64,000 nucleotides of DNA from Candidatus Micrarchaeia archaeon (GTDB lineage: Archaea > Micrarchaeota > Micrarchaeia > Micrarchaeales > CABMGC01). Under the pieces are notes generated by a model. That model worked only from the letters and a program-made list of their open reading frames with translations, was not told the DNA's origin and did no database searches. Location of the stretch: NCBI GenBank assembly GCA_049976845.1, contig JBMFHL010000001.1:32001-96000 (forward strand), read 5' to 3'. Each line of letters begins with the position of its first letter. The stretch's first letter is position 1. The position numbers were made by a program, and so were the translations under genes. Below, piece by piece: positions 1 to 9,316 of the stretch.

Positions 1-279
1 TATTATAACACCATTTTTCAGTGCGGGTATTATTTGTGTTTTGAGGTGTTGGGCTCTGTCTGAAGCGAACAAGAGCTGAGTGGCTTCGCTCGATATTTTT
101 AATTCCCCTGCAAGAGAGGATTTGATAATGCCGCCGATTATGCCTGTAGTCGGCTCCTTTGTTAATATGGTCTTTCTGCCCGCCTTCCTTAGATAAGTCT
201 CCAACAGCATCGCTTGAGTTGAGTTGCCTGAGCCATCAAGGCCCTCAAATGCTACAAAAAGGCCTTTTGATTTTTGCAT
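1..279 (-). CDS. tmk: Thymidylate (dTMP) kinase, 5' part (runs off the window; not in the ORF track)
   Basis: Manual translation from ATG at 279: MQKSKGLFVAFEGLDGSGNSTQ...TKEPT...QLLFASDRAQH. Contains FEGLDGSG, (T)xEP and LF.ADR motifs; GAGGT SD upstream. Confidence 0.9.
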   Translation of the reverse strand, partial: MQKSKGLFVAFEGLDGSGNSTQAMLLETYLRKAGRKTILTKEPTTGIIGGIIKSSLAGELKISSEATQLLFASDRAQHLKTQIIPALKNGVII

Positions 280-342
280 GCCGTTACCTCAAAATAATTG
301 TAGAGCAAATATATTTATTAGTGCTCAAAGAAAGTTATAGAT

Positions 343-891
343 GTGGTGGCAATGATTCTTTCAGATTTTGATTTGAAGAACTTGATAAAGGATAAAAGAC
401 TCATAGTGAAGCCATTCAACAGCGAAATAATAAGGGAAAATGGCATTGACCTGAGGCTTGCGAACGAGATAGCATATCATAATCCAATGCTTGGCGATGA
501 TTTCATAATAGATCCTTCAAATGCAAAGCATATAGAAAAAGAGTATGTGATAGAGAAGAGGAAAAAATATTTCATAGTAGAGCCCAAGCAGCAGATCCTG
601 CTCTCAACAATCGAGTACTTGAAGATGCCTGATAACGTGATAGGATTTGTAGAGTTAAGGAGCACATGGGCAAGGCATGGCTTACTAATGCCCCCAACAA
701 TAATAGATGCAGGGTTTGAAGGTACGATTACTTTGGAGGTATTTAATGGATCGCCAAGCAGGATAAAGCTAGTGCCTAAAGTGAGGTTTGCCCACATAAT
801 CTTTGCAGTAACTATGAATAAAGTAAAGAATACTTACAAGGGTTCTTACAGCGGGCAGAAGGGTATATTCAGACCTAAGGTCATTAGCTGA
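343..891 (+). CDS. dcd: dCTP deaminase
   Basis: ILSD start, GIDLRL, ELRSTWARHGL, IDAGFEGTITLE, YxGxYxGQ; start may be ATG 352. Confidence 0.9.
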   Translation: MVAMILSDFDLKNLIKDKRLIVKPFNSEIIRENGIDLRLANEIAYHNPMLGDDFIIDPSNAKHIEKEYVIEKRKKYFIVEPKQQILLSTIEYLKMPDNVIGFVELRSTWARHGLLMPPTIIDAGFEGTITLEVFNGSPSRIKLVPKVRFAHIIFAVTMNKVKNTYKGSYSGQKGIFRPKVIS

Positions 892-902
892 CTATTTGCT
901 AA

Positions 903-1181
903 TTATCTTGTTAGGTCGTTTAATTCTTCTTTGGTTGCCACATCTTGCTGCGAAGGCATTGTAGATACTAAGACTACGTCGCCCACATTCTTTACATTTT
1001 TGTAAAGAACGCTCTTCGTCCTAAGCGTTGTCTTCATGTCTCCCCTTATATTTTTCCAAGGAACCATGAGGAGTCTGCTTATTTCGCTCTTCTCTAGATC
1101 TACAATAATCCCCTGCACGTCGCCGAGGTATTGGCCTGCGTCGCTATATATATCCATGTGGTATATCTCAGACAACTTCAT
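903..1181 (-). CDS. PRC-barrel domain protein (CdpB-like)
   Basis: LSEIYHMDIYSDAGQYLGDVQGIIVD...VKNVGDVVLV, typical small archaeal PRC barrel. Confidence 0.8.
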   Translation of the reverse strand: MKLSEIYHMDIYSDAGQYLGDVQGIIVDLEKSEISRLLMVPWKNIRGDMKTTLRTKSVLYKNVKNVGDVVLVSTMPSQQDVATKEELNDLTR

Positions 1182-1248
1182 TTCAACACCGTATACTTGT
1201 TAATATTATACCCTTATAAATCTTTAACCTCTCTGTTAATAGTGGAAT

Positions 1249-2400
1249 TCAGGGTTGCATCCAGTCTATCTCATAGTATTCGTGTCCGCTTCCTGGTAAT
1301 TCTATCTGCCTGACTTTATAGTATGTTATTGCGGTTTCTCTGTCTGCTATTGCTATTATGAGCTCGAGTTTTTTATCCTTCGCTTCTTTTATGGCACCTG
1401 CAAGCTCCTTGCCACCTATGTACTCCTCCTCGCTTAAGGATAGCATCCCATATTTTGGTACATTGTTTTCTGGACTCTCTGCTTCGCCGCCCTTTCTATG
1501 ATATAACACATAATCTAATTTCATCTTCTTTTCTTTTACCTTTCCAGGTATTGCAAGTATGAATGTCTTCCTAACTGAATGCGCTACCCTTATCGCCCTC
1601 GCCCATTCTGATATCAGTAATTTTGAGCTCTTGGGGAAGACCTGCAGCACATGCTTCGAGTGAATCCAATTACTGTCTTTCACTGGCCTTGCACCTGGGA
1701 AGTATATCCTGAAATGGGTGCCGAACTTAAATCCTGTCTTAACAACATAGCCATTATCGCGCCAATCCCTGTATACTTCATACATCATCGAGAAGTCGCT
1801 TCTTCTCTGCTTTGCAAGCTTAATGACCTCCGCCAATTTGACGCCTTGAAGGGCCAATTTCTTGCGCTCCATCAGGAATACTGTTTCGTAGATGTCAAGC
1901 TTGTTTAGCTTGCCACGCTCTGGAGCCTTGTAAGAACCGTATTGGCCAAACCAAAGCTTCTCATATATTTCTTTTCCTTTGTCTGAATCTTCTATTACAG
2001 TTATAAGATCTTCTTCAAAAAACACCCCGCCAACTTTCCATTTTGGCAGCTCTATTGAAGATGATGGATACGCCTTTACTGGAGTTTTGTCTGGCGATTT
2101 ATATGCTATGTCAAATGACCTTGCTATAAGGCCCCTATCCCTCCAATCTTTGTAGGTGAAGTAGCTTGCCATCAGCTTCTTCTTTTTCTTGAAAAGCATA
2201 GCTATGCTGTTGAATGTTATTTTTTTGTCTTTGTATGTGCATTCTGCATTTCTCAAATCTACAAGATACATTGCCTCTTCTGGCATAAGCTTTAGCTCTG
2301 AATCTACTTCCATTCCGAAAAAGCTTCTCTTCAATATATCTTTTGTAGATTGGTCAGCGGCTATTATATTGCCTTTTTTCAGGATTTTTATTTCTAGCAT
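1249..2400 (-). CDS. endA: tRNA splicing endonuclease, probably three-unit (epsilon2, ARMAN-type)
   Basis: Repeated units (YFTYKDWRDRGL; YEVYRDWRDNGYVVKTGFKFGTHFRIY...HS...RVAHSVRK), C-terminal WMQP, ~385 aa; start 2400 or 2415. Confidence 0.85.
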   Translation of the reverse strand: MLEIKILKKGNIIAADQSTKDILKRSFFGMEVDSELKLMPEEAMYLVDLRNAECTYKDKKITFNSIAMLFKKKKKLMASYFTYKDWRDRGLIARSFDIAYKSPDKTPVKAYPSSSIELPKWKVGGVFFEEDLITVIEDSDKGKEIYEKLWFGQYGSYKAPERGKLNKLDIYETVFLMERKKLALQGVKLAEVIKLAKQRRSDFSMMYEVYRDWRDNGYVVKTGFKFGTHFRIYFPGARPVKDSNWIHSKHVLQVFPKSSKLLISEWARAIRVAHSVRKTFILAIPGKVKEKKMKLDYVLYHRKGGEAESPENNVPKYGMLSLSEEEYIGGKELAGAIKEAKDKKLELIIAIADRETAITYYKVRQIELPGSGHEYYEIDWMQP

Positions 2401-2476
2401 AGAAATCAAGCACATTTTATGTATTTATCGCATCCAATTAAAATATTAATCCTTCTTTATTTTATTAGGGATTTAC

Positions 2477-3499
2477 ATGAATAAGCCAAGAAGAGAAAAG
2501 GAGCAACTTGCTAAGATGAAGCCAGATATACCTGAAAAACTCTTTGGCATGATGAAAAAGCAAGGGTACCATTTTGTTGGAAATCACTCTGCGGTAAAAC
2601 TATGTAGTTATACTTCTAGCAGTATGAAGAAAAATGGCACTACATGCTATAAAAACAAATTCTACGGCATAAGGAGCTGGAGGTGTCTGCAAAGCGCACC
2701 GACACTTGGTTGCAACCTCGCATGCAGATTCTGCTGGAGGATAATACCAGAAGAAGTTGGGATAAAATGGAACGAACTCAATGTAACTAATTGGAATGAT
2801 CCGAAGGTAATTGCTGACGGCCTTATCGAGGAACAGAAAAGGCTGGTAAGCGGATACAAAGGTAATGAGAATGTAGATATTGGAAGATGGAACGAGGCCC
2901 TTGATCCTGCACATGTTACGTTCAGCTTGACAGGAGAACCGCTATTCTACCCTATGATGAATGAACTTATGAAAGAATTTCACAGTAGGAAGATGAGCAC
3001 TTTTCTAGTCACAAATGGTACTCTGCCTGCTGCATTGAAGAAGCTTAAGGTCTTGCCCACGCAATTATATGTTTCTATACAGGCGCCTACAAAAGATATT
3101 TACAATGCAGTCGTAAGGCCAAAAACACCAAATGCGTGGGAAAGTTTCCAGGAGTTTCTGGATATTTTTTCAAAGCTTCCTACAAGGCGGGTCTTTAGGC
3201 TTACGCTTATAAAAGGAGTTAGTATGGTAGACGCCAAAGGATATGCAGAATTAATAAAGAAAGGAAATCCAGAATATGTGGAAGTGAAAGGGTTCGTATA
3301 CGTTGGTGGTTCAAGAAATGAAGCAAGGGGATTAAAGTATACGCAGATGCCTGGAAAAGAGGACATTATTAATTTTGCGAACGAGATCTGCAAGGAATCT
3401 GGATACATTTTTGCTGATTACCACGAACCTAGCAAGGTTGCACTCTTGTGCAGAGATGAGAAGGCAGTTGCTGACAGATTTATAAAATTTGAGAAATGA
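2477..3499 (+). CDS. taw1: 4-demethylwyosine synthase Taw1/TYW1 (radical SAM)
   Basis: GNHSAVKLC, CYKNKFYGI.S.RC, CNLACRFCWR, SLTGEP, LVTNGT, YVEVKG. Confidence 0.92.
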   Translation: MNKPRREKEQLAKMKPDIPEKLFGMMKKQGYHFVGNHSAVKLCSYTSSSMKKNGTTCYKNKFYGIRSWRCLQSAPTLGCNLACRFCWRIIPEEVGIKWNELNVTNWNDPKVIADGLIEEQKRLVSGYKGNENVDIGRWNEALDPAHVTFSLTGEPLFYPMMNELMKEFHSRKMSTFLVTNGTLPAALKKLKVLPTQLYVSIQAPTKDIYNAVVRPKTPNAWESFQEFLDIFSKLPTRRVFRLTLIKGVSMVDAKGYAELIKKGNPEYVEVKGFVYVGGSRNEARGLKYTQMPGKEDIINFANEICKESGYIFADYHEPSKVALLCRDEKAVADRFIKFEK

Positions 3500-3503
3500 T
3501 CAA

Positions 3504-4547
3504 ATGAGTAAATTAAAAAGCAAAAATAGCGCCCTTAACCTTAATAGGATGGACAGGATAAAGGGCAGAATAGATTACAAGAAGAGGATAAAGAAAATCG
3601 AGTATGTTCTTATAACTATTTTGTTTGCTAGCTTAGTGGTTTTTGCGGCAATTTCACTAGGTGCCATATTGAATGAAGGCCTTGGGAAGTTTGTAAACGA
3701 ATTAGAGTCTATCAACTTTTTTTATTATTCGCTGGCACTTGTGACTATTTTTATTGGGTACCTGCTGCGTTTCCCCAAATGGGAATTGTATATGAAGAGA
3801 CTTGGCGTACATTTGCCTAGAGCCAAAAATCTATGGATATATTTTTCAATGTATTCCATGGACATAACTCCTGGAAGATGGGGAAGGGCAGTAGTTTCTT
3901 ATACTATAAACAAACTAACAAAGATTAAGTTTAGCAGGACGTTCCCTGCTGTGGTAACAGATATCTTTACCGATTTCCTTGGTTTTGCAATAATATGCCT
4001 ATTCTTTGCATTTTTCGTCCATAAATACATTGCAGTTTCTATAATAATAACAGCACTATTGCTGCTTCCTTTTATATTTCTGTACAATAAGGCACCATTT
4101 GCTTTTCTAAAATCTAAGCTTATCAGATTTAAACGCCTTAAGAGCTTTTTTAATGTGGGCGAGCTCTATTTCAAAAGCAATAAGCTCCTAGGAAAAGATG
4201 TCTATGGCTACTCGCTTCTATTCACTGTGCCCTCGATGTTCTTGAATGGCCTCAGCTTATATTTTGTGATTCTGAGCTTTGGGTTCCATCTGGGTATCAC
4301 ATATATACCTACAGTTATATTCATTTTCTCGTCGTCGCTTATTTTTGGTATGATTACCGGAATTCCTGGGACTCTTGGAGTCACTGATGTTGCCATGTTG
4401 GGGGCTCTAGTAACTTTCTTTGGTGGCATAGGGATGAACTTTGGACTTGCTTCTGTCATTACCATCTTTTTTAGGATTGTTAGTGTATGGTTTGTCGAAT
4501 TATTTGGGTTCACGGCATTAATGCATACCTTTAGATACTGGAAATAG
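3504..4547 (+). CDS. Lysylphosphatidylglycerol-synthase-TM / UPF0104 flippase-like membrane protein
   Basis: Multi-TM; LRFPKW, ITPGRWG, PGTLG, FR motifs. Confidence 0.7.
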   Translation: MSKLKSKNSALNLNRMDRIKGRIDYKKRIKKIEYVLITILFASLVVFAAISLGAILNEGLGKFVNELESINFFYYSLALVTIFIGYLLRFPKWELYMKRLGVHLPRAKNLWIYFSMYSMDITPGRWGRAVVSYTINKLTKIKFSRTFPAVVTDIFTDFLGFAIICLFFAFFVHKYIAVSIIITALLLLPFIFLYNKAPFAFLKSKLIRFKRLKSFFNVGELYFKSNKLLGKDVYGYSLLFTVPSMFLNGLSLYFVILSFGFHLGITYIPTVIFIFSSSLIFGMITGIPGTLGVTDVAMLGALVTFFGGIGMNFGLASVITIFFRIVSVWFVELFGFTALMHTFRYWK

Positions 4548-5298
4548 AATATTTCTTCAAAGATTCTTCTTCTGCAAAGTTAGGATTTGAGGGTATGATT
4601 AAAGATATTACTTTGCCTGCAAACCTGCCGCTTTCCTTGGCGAGTATATCCTTATCGGCAAATGCAATCTCCTGGTTTTCTTTTCCTACATCTGCTAATA
4701 CAATTATCTTGTTGATTATTCTTACGCCTCTTTCCAATTCTGCTTTTTGGAGAAGCCCTAGTGCTTCCTCAAAACTCATTGCCCTTTCCTCTTTATAATT
4801 ATAATCAAGCAGCACGAGCGTATGCTCATTATTTTTCAGATTTTTCTCAATTACATCTATAAAAGAGATTGGTTTATATTTTTCGCTCCAGGACGGGATT
4901 GTTGTTGTAGGACCAAATCTGTATATATCTAATCCGCTTTCGCCTATTGCTGCTGTGAAGATGGATGCTGCGTGCAATACCTTTACATTTATGCCATTCC
5001 CCTTGGCCAAATCCAATATTGTGTGGTGTGTCGTTGCAATTAAGGGGTCCCCAGGGACAAGCAGTGCCACATCTTCTTCCTTCGCGCTCTTTATTGTTTC
5101 ACTTGCATTTTCTTCTAAATCGGATCTGCTAAGCTTAAATATTTTTTTATCTGCTTTGAATTCCAAATACGCTATATAATCGGCATTTATTCTATTTGTA
5201 TATGGATCCAACATCAGCTTTTCAGCTTTTTTAATAATTTCCATCGCCTTTTCTGAAATATCCCCTTTTTCAAGGCCGATGCCTATTAGAAACAGCAA
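4531..5298 (-). CDS. dph5: Diphthine synthase
   Basis: MLFLIGIGL, YT, LVPGDPLIATTH, GLDIYRFG, NxHTLVLLD. Confidence 0.92.
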   Translation of the reverse strand: MLFLIGIGLEKGDISEKAMEIIKKAEKLMLDPYTNRINADYIAYLEFKADKKIFKLSRSDLEENASETIKSAKEEDVALLVPGDPLIATTHHTILDLAKGNGINVKVLHAASIFTAAIGESGLDIYRFGPTTTIPSWSEKYKPISFIDVIEKNLKNNEHTLVLLDYNYKEERAMSFEEALGLLQKAELERGVRIINKIIVLADVGKENQEIAFADKDILAKESGRFAGKVISLIIPSNPNFAEEESLKKYSISSI

Positions 5299-5307
5299 AC
5301 TTCCACC

Positions 5308-6264
5308 TTAGTCCCTTATCCCATCTGGTGTTATTTTTATAATGCATTCTCCTTCTGGCATGTTTGGAGAGTCAACAAGCCTTATTATCCTCTTATCCTC
5401 CTTTCCTTTTCTTATGTATAGCCTTGTGGTAGCTGCATGGGCTATTACATTGCCACCGACGGGGGTTGTAGGGTCTCCAAAAAGTATTGCAGGGTTATCC
5501 ATTACTTGATTAGTTATGTAAACAGCAAGGCTATGCTTATCTGCAATGCTCTGCAATTTGTGCAGATGTACATTTAACTTCTGCTGGCGCTCGCCTAGTG
5601 CTCCTCTCCCGATGAATTCTGAACGGAATAAAGCCATGAGCGAATCCACTATTATGAGCTTTATATTTTTTTCAGTTATGAGCTTGTCTGCACGCTCTAT
5701 TGTGAGTATCTGCTGCTCTGTTGTAGAAATGCGCACTGTAAAGATATTTTCTAATACTTTGCTAGGATCTAGACCAAGGGCCTTTGCTATGCTCTCTATT
5801 CTTTCTGGCCTAAAAGTGCCTTCGGTATCTAAGAATAATACCCCTCCCTCAAGCCCCCCCTTACTGAGTGGAAGCTGGACATTAACTGCCAACTGGAAGC
5901 CTATCTGACTCTTCCCAGCAGCATATCTACCATAAATTTCTGTGATGCCATTGGTTTCTATACCTCCACCGAGAAGTTCGTCAAATCCTTTCACACCTGT
6001 AGTTATCCTGCCCAATGCCTTTCTTTTCTCGTATACTGTAGTGGCTGTTTCGTATTCTACAGTTGTAGCCTGCTTCGCAGCATCAACAGCCTTCTTTGCT
6101 GCATCTACGCTTATACCTACAAGCTCGGAAAGATCGTGTGGGGCAGAAGTAGCAACCTTCTCTATCGTATCTATGCCTGCTTCCCTGAGTTTTTCTGCAG
6201 TTGTAGGCCCTATTCCTGGAAGGTCTTCTAGATCTTTGATACTCTTTTCTTTGTCTTTAGCCAT
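5308..6264 (-). CDS. radA: DNA recombinase RadA
   Basis: HhH N-terminus (LEDLPGIG), ITEIYGRYAAGKSQ, DTEGTFRPER, VDSL, GRGALGERQ, TNQV, RLVDSP. Confidence 0.95.
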   Translation of the reverse strand: MAKDKEKSIKDLEDLPGIGPTTAEKLREAGIDTIEKVATSAPHDLSELVGISVDAAKKAVDAAKQATTVEYETATTVYEKRKALGRITTGVKGFDELLGGGIETNGITEIYGRYAAGKSQIGFQLAVNVQLPLSKGGLEGGVLFLDTEGTFRPERIESIAKALGLDPSKVLENIFTVRISTTEQQILTIERADKLITEKNIKLIIVDSLMALFRSEFIGRGALGERQQKLNVHLHKLQSIADKHSLAVYITNQVMDNPAILFGDPTTPVGGNVIAHAATTRLYIRKGKEDKRIIRLVDSPNMPEGECIIKITPDGIRD

Positions 6265-6316
6265 ATACCCCCAACTCAATTAATTATGGGAAAACAAGAA
6301 ATATAACTCTTTTGAA

Positions 6317-7210
6317 TCAAATCAGAAATGCCTTGGCTTCATTAACAACCTTTTTTGCAGGAAAATTCTTTTTGGAATAGAGGGAATGCCCTGCACCTTT
6401 TATAACTATGACTTTCTTCGTGAATTTGTTTTCCTTAAGTCTAGCCGCAGCCAAGCCGATGCTTATTACTCCTTTCATATACTCATCGTTGGATCCGAAT
6501 ATTGCTATTATTGGAATTTTTATTGATTTGAATTCTGCAAGATCCCGCTTATAATCCAGCAACTTGCCCTCTATACTCTTTTCTTCGGCTGTGCTCAAAA
6601 ATCTCAGAGCTGATATTGGCCATTGGTCTTTTGGAAGCAACTTTTTGGGCATTATTGCATATAAATCTTTACTTACTAGCCTGTTAGCTATCAATATATT
6701 TTTATGAAAATTCTTGTGGGATTTCTGATGATTTTTGATATCATAGTTCCTATCATCTACAGGGCTAAGCAAGACCAATCCTTTTACCATCTTTGCTATT
6801 GGCTTTTTGCTGTTTTTGTAAAGGAAATAAATTGATTTTTGACAACCGGTACTCTTTCCTATCAGTATGACTTTCCTAAATCCTAGCTTTTTGAGAAGGG
6901 AAAGAGCGCCATAGATGTCATATTGGGAATCTTCAAACTGCTCGAATGCGGCTCCGGATAGTATCGAAGCTTTTTTTCCTTCATATCCGAGCTCGTCTGC
7001 AATATGACTACCGCGCTGCTGCATGGCAAAAAAGGCCATACCCTTTGCACAGGCTTCTTTACCCACTGCAAGGATTGATTTTGAGTAGAAATTGCCTCCC
7101 AATCCATGAAGATAGAGCATTGCAGAGCTCGCTGGTTTTTTAGGGGTAAAAAGTATGCCTGCAAGGGCAATGCCATCTCGTGCCTTAAAAAACACAATTT
7201 TTGTATCCAT
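6317..7210 (-). CDS. Alpha/beta hydrolase (DUF1749-like)
   Basis: HGLGGNFY, GKSTGCQK nucleophile elbow, GSNDEY, GAGH. Confidence 0.75.
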   Translation of the reverse strand: MDTKIVFFKARDGIALAGILFTPKKPASSAMLYLHGLGGNFYSKSILAVGKEACAKGMAFFAMQQRGSHIADELGYEGKKASILSGAAFEQFEDSQYDIYGALSLLKKLGFRKVILIGKSTGCQKSIYFLYKNSKKPIAKMVKGLVLLSPVDDRNYDIKNHQKSHKNFHKNILIANRLVSKDLYAIMPKKLLPKDQWPISALRFLSTAEEKSIEGKLLDYKRDLAEFKSIKIPIIAIFGSNDEYMKGVISIGLAAARLKENKFTKKVIVIKGAGHSLYSKKNFPAKKVVNEAKAFLI

Positions 7211-7280
7211 TGAACCACTAATGAATTAGAATGCAGGTTTTTATTTCTTCTTATTATAAAATAAACAGGGAGAGTTTATT

Positions 7281-7360
7281 AAAAAGGAAGAGGCCAGCAC
7301 ATTCGCATGCGCTGGCAAGGCGACCAGTTTTTCCCTTCCTACAGTAGAGAACCCGTAGTA
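7281..7360 (-). ncRNA. Putative orphan structured small RNA or cis-regulatory leader
   Basis: GC-rich island. Minus-strand stems CUACGG/CUGUAG, GGAAGGG/CUCUUCC and GCCAGCGCAU-GCGA-AUGUGCUGGC, followed by UUUUU. TTTAAAAA box ~20-25 nt upstream. Confidence 0.55.
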
Positions 7361-7377
7361 TTATATAATAACTTATA

Positions 7378-7390
7378 TTTTTAAACCTTC
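7378..7390 (-). promoter_or_regulatory. BRE/TATA-like element for the putative sRNA
   Basis: Minus strand GAAGG-TTTAAAAA at archaeal spacing from the structured element. Confidence 0.4.
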
Positions 7391-7442
7391 CTTTTTAGTG
7401 GAATTTTCCAAAAATATGAAATTTAGAAGAGAGAAAGATTGA

Positions 7443-8105
7443 ATGAAAAGCTTCCTTACGCTTGACAAAAAAGGTATCACAGTGGCATTGGTATTTGCAG
7501 TATTTATTGTGCTGCTTGGCAGAGCTGAAGGGCCTTATCTGCTTGCTGTACTTATCTTTTTCTTGATTCTTTCTGCACTAGTAACAAATATTGGCAAAAG
7601 AAGGAAGAAGGCTGTTGGAGTGTATGAAAGAAGCCGAGGATGGAAGAATGTGCTTGCTAATGGCGCAATGCCTGTTTTGATTACGGCTTTTTATTTTTTG
7701 AACAGCTATTGGCATATATTTCCACAGGCAATGCTAATTGTAGGCTATTTGGCAAGTGTTAGCGCCGTAACTGCTGACAAGTTCGCAAGCGAGATAGGGG
7801 TATTGGATGGCAAGCCATTGATATTGGTCACCTTGAAACGGGCAAAGCAAGGCACTTCAGGAGGCGTTTCTACCCTTGGACTTGGAGCAGGTTTGCTGGC
7901 ATCACTCTTAATAGCCTTGACCATTGTTTTCTACACTTTTTCATTTGAGTGGCTTGTAATAGTTATTCTTGCAGGTTTTATAGGGAACATTGCTGATTCT
8001 ATATTTGGATATTTTGAGGAGCAGGGTTTTGGCAGTAAGTTTACCACCAATTTCATCTGCTCCTTTGTTGGATTTTTAGTAGGAATCGCTTTATTTGCAA
8101 TATAG
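7443..8105 (+). CDS. DUF92 (TMEM19/VTE6-like) membrane protein
   Basis: RGWKNVLANG, ADKFASEIG, GTSGGVS.LG, DSIFG, TNF. Confidence 0.85.
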   Translation: MKSFLTLDKKGITVALVFAVFIVLLGRAEGPYLLAVLIFFLILSALVTNIGKRRKKAVGVYERSRGWKNVLANGAMPVLITAFYFLNSYWHIFPQAMLIVGYLASVSAVTADKFASEIGVLDGKPLILVTLKRAKQGTSGGVSTLGLGAGLLASLLIALTIVFYTFSFEWLVIVILAGFIGNIADSIFGYFEEQGFGSKFTTNFICSFVGFLVGIALFAI

Positions 8106-8230
8106 GGTTTTAATGGCGAGTAGTGTAGGTTAACTTGAATGCCTTAGCTTATAATATTCATGACTAGCAAGATGCCCGTAATGTTTTGAAAGCTGTTCGC
8201 ACACAGCCAGAAGGTTGAAGAAGGTGTACT

Positions 8231-9025
8231 TCAGAGCTTGAGGATTTTAGGCTTGATAAGCTCTATTATTATTGCCTGAGGCACTTTTGAAAGCTTCTTA
8301 TAGCGCTCTGGATTCACTTTTTTGAGAGATTTTAGTGGCTCTGGCTCGAGGACGCTTTTTATTACAAAACCTGCATTCAGCGAATCCATTATCAAATGAG
8401 AGAAGGTTTTCGGGTAGAACTTTACAACATGCCTCTTGAACCACTCGCCCCCTTTTATGCCTTGCTTGAAATAATCACCTATTACCTCATATTTGCCGTT
8501 TCTGTTTATATACCCAAAAAGCTCGGAATGCGCGTTTGGTCCTTCGTTCTTTCTTACAAGTATATCGTATATAGGGTGGGTATTTGAGAATATAAACCTT
8601 CCACCGGGCTTAAGCACCCTGTACGCCTCTTTCATCGCAGGCCCCATATCTTTAAGGTAGTGGAGCACAAGATCAGCGTATACCAAATCGAATTTGCCAC
8701 TTTCAAAATCGAGCTTTGCGGCGGACATTACGTAAAACTCTATGTTTTTGTGTAATTTTCTCGCAATGTCAACCATGCTCCTTGAAATATCTGTGCCTAT
8801 TACTTCTTTTGCCCCTTTCTTCTTCATGAAAGAGCATTCGTTTCCGGTCCCACATCCTATGCACAAGACCCTCTTATCCCTTACATTGCCTATTATTTTA
8901 TGCATTGCTGGCTTGTCTTCATACAGATGAAAAAGGTCTCTTTTCGATGCTTCATAGTATTTTTCAACAAATTCTCTGCTTTCATAAACTTCTTTTGAAA
9001 GCTGTTCTTTGTTTTTTGATGCCAT
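8231..9025 (-). CDS. Class I SAM-dependent methyltransferase
   Basis: VLCIGCGTG, GTDISRSM, FDLV, LHY, RVLKPGG. Confidence 0.85.
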   Translation of the reverse strand: MASKNKEQLSKEVYESREFVEKYYEASKRDLFHLYEDKPAMHKIIGNVRDKRVLCIGCGTGNECSFMKKKGAKEVIGTDISRSMVDIARKLHKNIEFYVMSAAKLDFESGKFDLVYADLVLHYLKDMGPAMKEAYRVLKPGGRFIFSNTHPIYDILVRKNEGPNAHSELFGYINRNGKYEVIGDYFKQGIKGGEWFKRHVVKFYPKTFSHLIMDSLNAGFVIKSVLEPEPLKSLKKVNPERYKKLSKVPQAIIIELIKPKILKL

Positions 9026-9204
9026 GCAAACACAGAACAAGATAGGAAAAGAGAGATTTTATTCCTTGCGCTATGCTATTGTTAGAGGGGTTTTAGTGAA
9101 GAGGTTTATTTTTTATTATATTAGAGAGTATATGGCCAAAAGGTGATACCGAGCTATAGCTCAAGGAGCATGAGCTATGAAATAATTTTATCGTTTATAT
9201 TGTA

Positions 9205-9290
9205 TGCGCTAGCCGGGATTTGAACCCGGATTGCGAGCTTATTCCTTGGCTTGGGAAGCTCGTATCTTAACCAGATTGGATCACCAGCGC
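9205..9290 (-). tRNA. tRNA-Gly(CCC) with 12-nt intron at 37/38 (9240-9251)
   Basis: GCGCUGG/CUAGCGC-A acceptor, CGAGC-UUCCCA[intron]A-GCUCG anticodon arm, CCGGG-UUCAAAU-CCCGG T arm. Confidence 0.92.
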
Positions 9291-9316
9291 ATGTGACAAT
9301 TTTGCCGATACTATGT

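Noticed and set aside
8106..8230. 125-nt gap between convergent genes as an ncRNA or pseudogene
   Set aside because: No convincing stem or recognisable reading frame.
9151..9162. Palindrome GAGCTATAGCTC upstream of the methyltransferase
   Set aside because: Single short occurrence; it cannot be distinguished from chance.
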